64,000 nucleotides of DNA from Macrostomum lignano (taxonomy: Eukaryota): contig NIVC01000179.1 in the NCBI GenBank assembly GCA_002269645.1, forward strand, positions 1 through 64,000, written 5' to 3'. Shown piece by piece: positions 35,358-45,647 of the stretch. The translations under genes were made by a program, and so were the position numbers. The number at the start of each line of letters is the position of its first letter. Position 1 is the first letter of the stretch. The notes under the pieces are model-generated. The model searched no databases. It was not told where the DNA came from and worked only from the letters and a program-made list of their open reading frames with translations.

Positions 35358-35876
35358 CTAGTGGGCTTTGCGCTTATTCGTTGCACTCGCCTGGCCAGAG
35401 TAGAACGGGCTTACGCACATTCGCCAGACCAGCAGGGCGGGCCACACAAACCACGGCAGATAGATTCCGGCCACCTTGAGCCGGTCATCAAGTGTCTCTG
35501 GTCCTTGGGGCGTCTCTCCAGTAAAGTCGTGATAGCCGATGTGAGCCAATATTGGGATGAGCGTGGTGGCCACGTGGGTGCCGTAGATGATGGCAGGTAT
35601 TCGAATCCACCTTCGGCCGCCGAGAACGAATGCATAGGTGCACAGGAAGATCAGAGGTGCCTGAAAGGTGATTTCGCACACGCAGAGGCTTTTGTACCAG
35701 GCCGGAGGCTTCAGTACCATGCTGTCTTTAATGACGCGCCCGTACTCAGCAGTCATATTGCGAAGGACGTCCGGAAATAGCCAGCTGGGCAGGACTACTT
35801 GAGCATCGAACAGTACCAGGATGGGAATATGGATTATAAAATATAAAGCAAAAAATGCGTCCCAGAGGCGCTCCAT
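35358..35876 (-). CDS. TMEM97: TMEM97 / sigma-2-receptor-like EXPERA-domain membrane protein, intronless CDS, 172 aa
   Basis: First ATG at 35876 (MERLWDAFFALYFIIHIPILVLFDAQVVLP); D..V..PPAWYKSLCVCE...QAP, IRIPAIIYGTHVATTLIPIL, YLPWFVWP; C-terminal KRKAH resembles an ER-retrieval motif. Confidence 0.85.
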   Translation of the reverse strand: MERLWDAFFALYFIIHIPILVLFDAQVVLPSWLFPDVLRNMTAEYGRVIKDSMVLKPPAWYKSLCVCEITFQAPLIFLCTYAFVLGGRRWIRIPAIIYGTHVATTLIPILAHIGYHDFTGETPQGPETLDDRLKVAGIYLPWFVWPALLVWRMCVSPFYSGQASATNKRKAH

Positions 35877-36656
35877 TGTCTTCGTTGTTGCCTGAGGGTT
35901 GAGAGAGTCGTACGATCGCAGCTTGCCTTGTTGGTGGTGGTGGTGCGACAATTACTCCAGGCCCTGCCCTGGCATTTTATACGCTTCTCGTTATCGTCTT
36001 CTTGCCCTTTAAACCCTGGGCCAGCAAAAGCTATGACTTGTACGCTCGCATAGCTAGCCCGGGTTGTAGGGACACACCACTGGAAAGAGTTTTAGTTTGG
36101 CTAAGGGCAGGCGCATGAGGGTGTGAACAGTACGAGTGAACAATTTTGTGCACAGAGAAAAATGTACAGCAAGGCTTCATACTGTATGAGAGCAGGCTGG
36201 GTAAATGCCGCTCCATTCAATTTCAAATGGTTCAATACTTCTCCCTACAACTCCTACTCAGTGTTTCTATATATGAACTCTTGCAGTCTGCGCAAATAAG
36301 TTCTGTAGTGCTTGAGTAGGGCTATAAGAGCAGAAACTAAATGCTGGATAAGTCCTGACAGCTTGCAAAAGTCAATTCTCACCACAGGAATTATTTGCAC
36401 ATTCTTCTCTTCCCTTTTGCTTCGATCTCTTATCCCTCTGGCGAATGAAAAAATATGGAGAAAGGGAGCGAGAAGCAATGCGGCTTTTGGGGCAGAAGTG
36501 GCCCAGAGGTTCAGCATGCGCAGTAGAGCGTAGAGCAGTTTGTTCCAGTTGGCAACATAAAAGTATTGGGCTGCAACTCTCTCAATCCAGGAGAGTTATT
36601 GAGCCTCTGTAAGTCTAGCAGCCAACTGAATCGATAATTTTGACAGAGTTAAATAA

Positions 36657-39460
36657 ATGGCAACGGATGACCAATTCGATCTTGAGTTGCGATTCAACAT
36701 CCGCAAGAATCGGGTTGCCAAGGTGCGCGCATGGTTCGAGACGCACACTATCACGCCTTCGCTGGGCCAAGAGGATTGCTTGAACAGTCCGCTGGTGTAC
36801 GCCGTGCTATGGAAGAAGCCCGACATCGTCGCATATCTCATTCACGAACAGTCGATGCGCATTCCCATGCCGCATCCTTCATCTTGCGTGTGCCAGCTCT
36901 GCTTGCTGCTCCAGAGCGATCGGCGATTCGCCCAGGTCTACACGCGACGAGTTCTCATGGCTCTCGTTTCGCCAATTTACATCTTCTCGCTAAATGAAGA
37001 TCCTCTTGACTACTATCTAGAGTGCTTTCGGCGAATTGCTGAGCTGCGCTACACTCTAATGCGGCACAGTCGGAGTCACTTTAGGCAAGATTTAACATAC
37101 CGCTTCAATTTCTCTAGTGGTTTTGAAACAATCATGAAATGGCATGGCTTTAATTAATTTTTTTCGAAACTTTGAGCAGGCTGCTGCGCAAATGTGTGGA
37201 GACCAGCATTAGCGCCCTGATGGACTGCTGCGAGAACTACGAGGAGGTTCAAACCGTCCTAGTTGACGAAGTCGACGAAGGCCTCCTGCAGGGTCTGGAG
37301 AACTTCGAGCCCCGACTCGGCCGGGTGCAGTTGTTTTTGGAGATGAAGCTGCGCAGTCCAGCTGTCCACAGGGCAACGCAAAGCTTAGTCACCAAAGTGT
37401 GGATGCGAGATCTGCCATGGCTGCAGCGAATCCACTCACCCATGCTGCAGTCCATAGTCCTGTACATGACGTCCCTGTTCTGTTTTGCTATCATCTCGCC
37501 TCTGGTGATTGTGTTTCCTCACCCGAAGCTAGTCAGACTAATCAAAGCCCTGCCGGTGGCATCGGTGCTGGAGCTCATCTCCACCTATGCGAACGTCGCT
37601 AGTGTCCTCGTTACTGTGCTGCAGAATCTGTCCAGTTCCAGCAACCTGTGCTCAGTGTGGAGCACGGGCAGCATGGCAGCTGTATACACATCCTACAGCA
37701 TCATGCTCTCCTTCATCCTGGGTCGAATTTGTCGCGAAGCTCACGACATGTTCTGGTTGGGGCCCGGGATGAACCACATCAACATGTTCGACCGGTGCCT
37801 GTCAATTAGCAATGCCTTCCAGCTGGCTGGAGTCGTCACGCTGCTCACTGGTGTCACTCGGGTGCGCAACAACCACCCTTCCGATTCAGTTGTGCTAAGG
37901 GCTGTGGCCCAACTGTGCAACCAGCCCAATGTCACTGCTGGTACGTTTTATTCGCAGTCTGTAGCGGTGAAAAAACTTATGAGATGTCCAGACTGTGATT
38001 CAGGCTTCAGACATGGTTCCGGATGGAGCTGCGTTGAGCTTGGTAAAATGCAGATGCTGAGTAGATATAATTCTCGTAATTGATTGTCTGGTTCATTTGA
38101 TTCGATCTTCGATTTATCACATTTCCAATGCTCAGTTGAATCGAATTGCAGGCCAGGAGATTTGCCAGTTGCACACCTGCATGACCGATAGCGAGACGCG
38201 CTACATCGCCGAGTGGACAGTTCCGGAGAGGCTGGGAAGCAGTCTGCTCTCAATTGGGCACCTCCTACTGTTCCTCAGTCTGGGCAACGCATTTGAGATG
38301 CACAAGATCACAGGAGTTCTAACGTTTACTGTGCAGAAGATGTTCAAAGATATTGGCCAGTTCTTCGTCTTCATGGCGCTAGTGCTGCTTGGGTTTGGCT
38401 CAGCACTAACAACGATGTACCAGAATTTCCGCTGCTCCACGACAGCGTTCGATAGCTTTCCAAACACCACTAATGTGCTGTATTGGGGCATCTACGCTAT
38501 GAGTGACACCACTGCGTACAACTTGTTGAACAACAAGCTGTCCAGTGATTCCGTGACGCAGTTCATTAGAAGCTTTGGTAAGGCTACTTTGTGGATCTTG
38601 ATAATTGATTAGCTATAGGAAAAATATCATTACATTAATTTAACAAAAGCGCTAATACAATTTGTACGGGATGTGGTCGTTAAATTAGAGTCCGAGCGCA
38701 ACCTCTAGAAAAAAATTCACCAGTTGATTGTGAAATTAATTCACTCATCTGACATTGGGACATCTACGAATAGTCTCTTTGAATGCACAACTTGGTGAAC
38801 ATGTTATTTCATGTTATTTGACACTGAACATTGAGCTCATTTCAATAGTGTAGTGAGTGCTACCTGATTTAACAAACTAAAAATACGTCAATCATGCCTA
38901 CAGGCCTCTTCCTATACGGCGGTTACATCCTCATAGCCAGCGTTGTTGCCGTCAACTTGCTGATCGCTCTCATGTCCGTCACGTTCGAGGACATCCAAGC
39001 CAACAAAAACGACAAGTGGCTATTCGGCCGCATGCGCCGGCAGCTCAAGCTGATACTGCTGCGGCCGTACCACAGCCTGGTGCTGCCTATCCCTCTGAAT
39101 CTGCTCACACCGCTGCCGCAGACTCTATTAGCCATCGCGTGGGCAGTTCGATGGGTCCTACGCCGCTGCCTGGCCACCTGCAGACCAGAGTCCTCCTCAA
39201 CACTGCAGCTGCAGCTGGAGCAGCAGCCAGAAAAAGAGCTGGAGGAGATGCGAGCTGCGGACCTGCAGTACATCACCAGTCACGTTCAACGGCGTACAAC
39301 AGTTGAGAAATGCCTGGTAAAACTGCGCATCAAGTACAAGCTGTGCGAATACTCCAAGGAGGCACTCAAAGCCAATCGGCTGTCCCTGTCTATGCTCGAG
39401 GACCAGGAAGAGCTCATGGAAATTGAAGAAGAGGAAGAGGAAGACGATGACGAAGATTAA
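36657..39460 (+). CDS. Divergent TRPC-like transient receptor potential cation channel, 4 exons, about 723 aa
   Basis: Exons 36657-37084, 37180-37940, 38152-38577, 38904-39460; total 2172 nt in frame. Features: one ankyrin-like repeat, HPSSCVCQLC (TRP_2 Zn motif), ALMDCCENYEEVQTVL, S4-S5 GVLTFTVQKMFKDIGQFF, pore helix LYWGIY, S6 VAVNLLIALMS, TRP-box-like KWLFGR. Intron 1 is modelled as GC-AG. Confidence 0.85.
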
Positions 39461-40679
39461 GCCATTTGTGCCAGGAGACTTCAAACTGGTGATTTACATG
39501 CCTGATGGACAATGTACAGAATGTTTGTTGAAAGCTGGATTTGCAATTGGAACAGAATCAGGGGCAATAATTAATGCTCAGTATTGATAGCAGATAGCTA
39601 CGCTTTTATGCTTGTCGCGAAGAACTCTTAATAGCAATATTGTACCGGCCACTATCGCGATATCCTCCCCGCCACTGTGCTCAGGGTTTTGGGATGGGCC
39701 TTTGCTGCAGAAGCTCCCGCGGATTTTGTGACTTTCCGTGGACTTAACTGTTGCTTCGGGAGTCTTCTCTTTTATAAAAGCAACCAGTGAAGGCACAAAA
39801 AAATCTTATTGCTTCTAAGCACTGTACGTGGCAATATCAATAATCTTTCCAGGTTTGGAAACATTTGCAATTTTGCTTTAGCAGGCGTACTTTACGCCTG
39901 CGAGCTACAGTGGAACGCTGTAGAAAACTTATTGCTCCGTGTAAATTTGTTTTATTGCACAACATTCTGTGACAGCGCGCGCATCTGCATCTCGATTGCT
40001 TTGTCCTTATACGAGCTCGCTACTTCCTAAACTTTTGTCTCTGTGCACGCTAATAATTACGGTGCAGTACTATAAAACACTTCTCTCGGCGAGTGTCTGC
40101 TTGCCAATTAACGGTATTTGAATGGAGGGCAGAACAGCTCAGCGGTAAGCGCATCTGACTTGATAACGCCACGACCTCAAGGCACAGAAAGTGTACATGC
40201 CTGATGACTCTAACGTCAGGGCCGCTGTACACTCTGTGTGAGCGTGCGTATTAGTGCGTGCCTGCTGTGTACAGTATTGGCGCGCTTGTGTGTGCAGAAT
40301 TGTCGTCAGCACTGGTTGTGGGACGATGTCGCCGAAGGCGTTGCGCCACGGTGCCCGCCCCACAGAAGCCCTCCTGAAGTCCTGAAGTCATCTGATGTTT
40401 AACTTTATTTTCTGTCCAAAAACTTGTTTACACATAGTTTATGCTCTGCTCTGATAAAAAATTAAACCATTTTTGGTGCAGGAAAAATAAATATTTGTCA
40501 TGCTTATTTAAAAAAATTATAATTGCTACAGAACATTGATATTCGTATAATCAAGTATTGATGAATAAATTTTTATCAATTGCTATGGTGTCACATCATC
40601 AAAACCGTCAATGCCATTTTTGCTATTGGCTGAATAAGGCTTTATCAAATTATACTATATTTTAACTATAAATCTAACT

Positions 40680-40940
40680 AATGTAGCCTAGGGGTTAGAG
40701 CGTCGGACTCACGACTTGTAGGTCGGGGGTTCGATTGCCGATCCCTATTGAAACAATTTGTGTCCTTGAGCAAGACACTTAACTCTGCATTGCTTCAGTT
40801 CACCCAGCTGTAAAATGGGTGCCAGCATTAGCTGGGGTAATTGAGGCTGTGTGTGGCGACCCCCAGTCCTTGGACTGAACAGCCGTACGCAGCCTTCAGA
40901 TGCGCCGCGCAATAGCTGCGGCTGAGCTGTCGGTTGCACA
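40680..40940 (+). mobile_element. tRNA-derived SINE (copy 2) with a V/Meta-type central domain
   Basis: A box TAGCCTAGGGG, B box GGTTCGATTGCC, then TGTGTCCTTGAGCAAGACACTTAACTC...CACCCAGCTGTAAAATGGGTGCC; homologous to 17920-18215. The domain assignment is from memory. Confidence 0.85.
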
Positions 40941-41769
40941 TCTGCCCATCAGGGATCCCAATGCCATTACATGCGAGGTCCACGGACTACTGAAGTAATC
41001 TTCTAGTGGTCCTTGGCGAGGTCATAACGCATTAAATTATGATGAGTCTTGTTCCCAGAGATACTGCTGTTGAGCATACATATAAAGTCAGGTTGAGTAG
41101 GCACACCTGCAAAACCACATGCACAACGAAATCGTTCGAGCAAGCATCTCAGGCATTCCCGTTGCTTTATCGAGTCCAACTGTTTGCTACCGAAACAACT
41201 CAAACACTTACAAGCTGTGCCACCAGCCTGATAAAAGCAACTAATCTGATGAAGAAAACTTCCATGGCTTATCGACAGAAGTGAAGCATACTCAGCGTAT
41301 TTCATACGCAGATCGCCTAAAAAGTGCTGATTTTTATATAATATTTGAGGCGAACTAATTAATATAGTGATAGACACGATAGAATTTTTTCGGCGAAACG
41401 GGAGTTAAAAAGGGTCCTCGTACGCTAACAGACCCATTCACTATTCAAGATTATTTTTAAAGCCAATTTGCCCAATAATGTAAGGTTTTTTAAATTTGAA
41501 ACTTTATCCGAGATCTCTTGTTCAAATTTATCACAAGAAGCACTATAATAGTTCCAACTGCACTTAAAAAGGAAGTGAACTTCACTTTCTAACCTCCCCA
41601 CGGCACTTTCATGGTCCTATTCTTGTAAGGGATCTCTGGTCTCGCAGTCCTCATTGTTTCGCAGGCCAGTTCGGATAAGTTAATACAAATGTCAGTAATT
41701 CGTCGCAAGCCTAACACCCATCCAGCCTCGGTTGTGTTGCTCCTTTGCTGTGCACTGAAGACAGACAGG

Positions 41770-41803
<34 letters not shown>

Positions 41804-41830
41804 GAGAGCGAGAGAGAGAGAGCGAGAGAG
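41770..41830. repeat. (GA)n microsatellite
   Basis: Directly visible. Further (GA)n/(CT)n tracts lie at 53926-53952 and 59805-59837. Confidence 0.95.
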
Positions 41831-42299
41831 CTGAGCGCTAAGAAGCAAGAGAGTGCGCGATTGTACGCGATTCGAAGCGGAGGGCGAGGCGGGGTACGAT
41901 AAACCGACTGGGTCTGCGCTGCGACGAAATTCTGTTGCAACTTTGGAGGTGCAGAGCGGGAGGGGGTTTAAGGGAGTGTTCAGGTCAGAGGCGTAGGGCA
42001 TATAGTGGGGACGAATATTAAGGCTGTGTTCCTTTTCGCGCAGAGCTGCGCAGTGTCTCTGTTCCCTCTGAAGCCGCCCGCCACTCTTCATCGGACTTTT
42101 TACTAAAGGCAGCGCAATTCGGCCTGTGAAAACGTAAAAAACCACGCGCTTCGCTTCTTGATCTGCGCAGCTGCCTGATCTGCTCACAATTAACGCGACT
42201 CAACTCGCAAGGTAAGTCATGCAAATTGCTGTGAAACGCTATGTTTTGTTTCAAATTATATTTCCCAACAAATGCTCTGAAACTTCCAGAGCCCAAACT

Positions 42300-42850
42300 C
42301 CCATGACCCAATGATCCATGACCCAATGCCCAATGACCCAATGATCAATATCCCGATGATCCAAGACCCAATGATCCATGACCCAATGATTCATGACCCA
42401 ATGATTCATGACCCAATGATTCATGACGCAATGATCCATGACCCAATGATTCATGACCCAATGATACATGACCCAATGATCCATGACCCAATCATCCATG
42501 ACCCTATGATCCATGACCCAATGATCCATGACCCTATGATCCATGACCCAATGATCCATGACCCTATGATCCATGACCCAATGATCCATGACCCTATGAT
42601 CCATGACCCAATGATCCATGACCCAATGATCCATGACCCAATGCCTAATGACCCAATGATCAATGACCCAATTATCCATGACCCAATGAATGATCCATGA
42701 CCCAATGATCCATGACCCAATGATCCATGACCCAATGATCCATGACCCAATGATCCATGACCAAATGATCAATGGCACAATGATCCATGACCCAATGATC
42801 CATGACCCAATGATCCATGACCCAATTATCCACGACCCAGTGATCCGTGA
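42300..42850. repeat. 15-bp minisatellite CATGACCCAATGATC
   Basis: Directly visible; gives the MIHDP / WIIGS / DHWVM repeat ORFs. Confidence 0.95.
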
Positions 42851-43384
42851 CGCAACAATAAGATGAAATTGCTAGTCTTTGTTAACAAGATCTAGGATAG
42901 GATAGGATAGATCTAGGACAAGAATAGGATTCCTATCGATCACCGGTGTAGTGACCGATTTTGCTACTCGGCCAAGCCTCGGAGCCACAACAAATCGGCA
43001 TTTGTACTTTCCCGAAGTCAATTGGTACGAAAGGCAGCGGCAGTGAAAGCTGATGTCGAACTGTTTTCCTCCACAGCCGGGTGGGATCTGTGGGACGGAG
43101 CCCCCCTCCCAGCAAACTTAGCCGTTTCGGATTCATCTGCATTTTTCGCCAGCCCCATGGGATGCGAGTCTGAGGGAAAACATTCCCAGACCTGACTGAC
43201 GGACGGACGGATCAAGAAAAGCTGTTTTGCATTTTTTGCTTTCTTAAAGGTGAGGGCTAGCTTGGTCATGGATCTCTAGACCTAAAATCAGGAGAGGAGG
43301 ATGCAGCACAAGCCGCGATAAGGGTGCACCATCACAGCAGCTTCCATTCCACTTCCAGGGGCTAAAGGTGTAGAATGGTTCTGG

Positions 43385-45300
43385 CAGTGGTTTCCATTCC
43401 AGATGAATAGGGTCATAGAACTCCATGGTTCACGTGGTGGTTTCCATTCCAGATGAATAGGGTCATAGAACTCCATGGTTCACGTGGTGATTTCCATTCC
43501 AGATGAATAGGGTCATAGAACTCCATGGTTCATGTGGTGGTTTCCATTCCAGATGAATAGGGTCATAGAACTCCATGGTTCATGTGGTGGTTTCCATTCC
43601 AGATGAATAGGGTCATAGAACTCCATGGTTCCTATGGTGATTTCCATTCCAGATGAATAGGGTCATAGAACTCCTTGGTTCCTATGGTGATTTCCATTCC
43701 AGATGAATAGGGTCATAGAACTTCATGATTCACGTGGTGATTTCCATTCCAGATGAATAGGGTCATAGAACTCTATGGTTCACGTGGTGATTTCCATTCC
43801 AGATGAATAGGGTCATAGAACTCCATGGTTCACGTGGTGATTTCCATTCCAGATGAATAGGGTCATAGAACTCCATGGTTCACGTGGTGATTTCCATTCC
43901 AGATGAATAGGGTCATAGAACTCCATGGTTCACGTGGTGATTTCCATTCCAGATGAATAGGGTCATAGAACTCCATGGTTCACGTGGTGATTTCCATTCC
44001 AGATGAATAGGGTCATAGAACTCCATGGTTCACGTGGTGATTTCCATTCCAGATGAATAGGGTCATAGAACTCCATGGTTCTGCCAGTGGTTTCCATTCC
44101 AGATGAATAGGGTCATAGAACTCCATGGTTCATGTGGTGGTTTCCATTCCAGATGAATAGGGTCATAGAACTCCATGGTTCACGTGGTGATTTCCATTCC
44201 AGATGAATAGGGTCATAGAACTCCATGGTTCATGTGGTGGTTTCCATTCCAGATGAATAGGGTCATAGAACTCCATGGTTCACGTGGTGATTTCCATTCC
44301 AGATGAATATGGTCATACAACTCCATGGTTCACGTGGTGGTTTCCATTCCAGATGAATAGGGTCATAGAACTCCATGGTTCACGTGGTGATTTCCATTCC
44401 AGATGAATAGGGTCATAGAACTCCATGGTTCATGTGGTGGTTTCCATTCCAGATGAATAGGGTCATAGAACTCCATGGTTCACGTGGTGATTTCCATTCC
44501 AGATGAATAGGGTCATAGAACTCCATGGTTCATGTGGTGGTTTCCATTCCAGATGAATAGGGTCATAGAACTCCATGGTTCACGTGGTGATTTCCATTCC
44601 AGATGAATAGGGTCATAGAACTCCATGATTCACGTGGTGATTTCCATTCCAGATGAATAGGGTCATAGAACTCCTTGGTTCCTATGGTGATTTCCATTCC
44701 AGATGAATAGGGTCATAGAACTCCATGGTTCATGTGATGGTTTCCATTCCAGATGAATAGGGTCATAGAACTCCTTGGTTCCTATGGTGATTTCCATTCC
44801 AGATGAATAGGGTCATAGAACTCCATGGTTCATGTGATGGTTTCCATTCCAGATGAATAGGGTCATAGAACTCCATGGTTCATGTGGTGGTTTCCATTCC
44901 AGATGAATAGGGTCATAGAACTCCATGATTCATGTGGTGGTTTCCATTCCAGATGAATAGGGTCATAGAACTCCATGGTTCATGTGGTGGTTTCCATTCC
45001 AGATGAATAGGGTCATAGAACTCCATGGTTCATGTGGTGATTTCCATTCCAGATGAATAGGGTCATAGAACTCCATGGTTCATGTGGTGGTTTCCATTCC
45101 AGATGAATAGGGTCATAGAACTCCATGGTTCATGTGGTGGTTTCCATTCCAGATGAATAGGGTCATAGAACTCCATGGTTCATGTGGTGGTTTCCATTCC
45201 AGATGAATAGGGTCATAGAACTCCATGGTTCATGTGGTGGTTTCCATTCCAGATGAATAGGGTCATAGAACTCTATGGTTCATGTGATGGTTTCCTTTCC
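43385..45300. repeat. 50-bp minisatellite TTTCCATTCCAGATGAATAGGGTCATAGAACTCCATGGTTCACGTGGTGA, about 38 copies
   Basis: Highly homogeneous; variation is confined to the last about 10 bp of the unit. Confidence 0.97.
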
Positions 45301-45647
45301 AGACGCAGTGTGCAAAGCTCCGTTACGCCCCTGAATTTCAATAGAAAGGTTTACATTTGCTTATCTCGCGCCAGCAATTAATAACAGTGTCTGTGGCGCT
45401 GCAAGCTGGGTGAATTAAGAACAGAAGAACAGCAGACTTGGGTACATTCTGTCCTGTGACTGAATTCTTATACTTCCAATAAGTACAAGACATCCTTTGC
45501 GTTGCAAGTGATTGCTCTCGCTGAAGTTCGCTGGGTACAGTATTGGCCGAAGGGTGCTCCTGCGAGTATGTACGAATGAATCTATAGAGCTGAAGGTTTT
45601 TTCGAACTGGATTCTCCTAACCCCAACCCTCAGCAGCCGCAGCCGAC

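Noticed and set aside
40680-40745. tRNA genes at 40680, 18215 and 24285
   Set aside because: A and B boxes are present but no complete cloverleaf; each continues into a SINE body.
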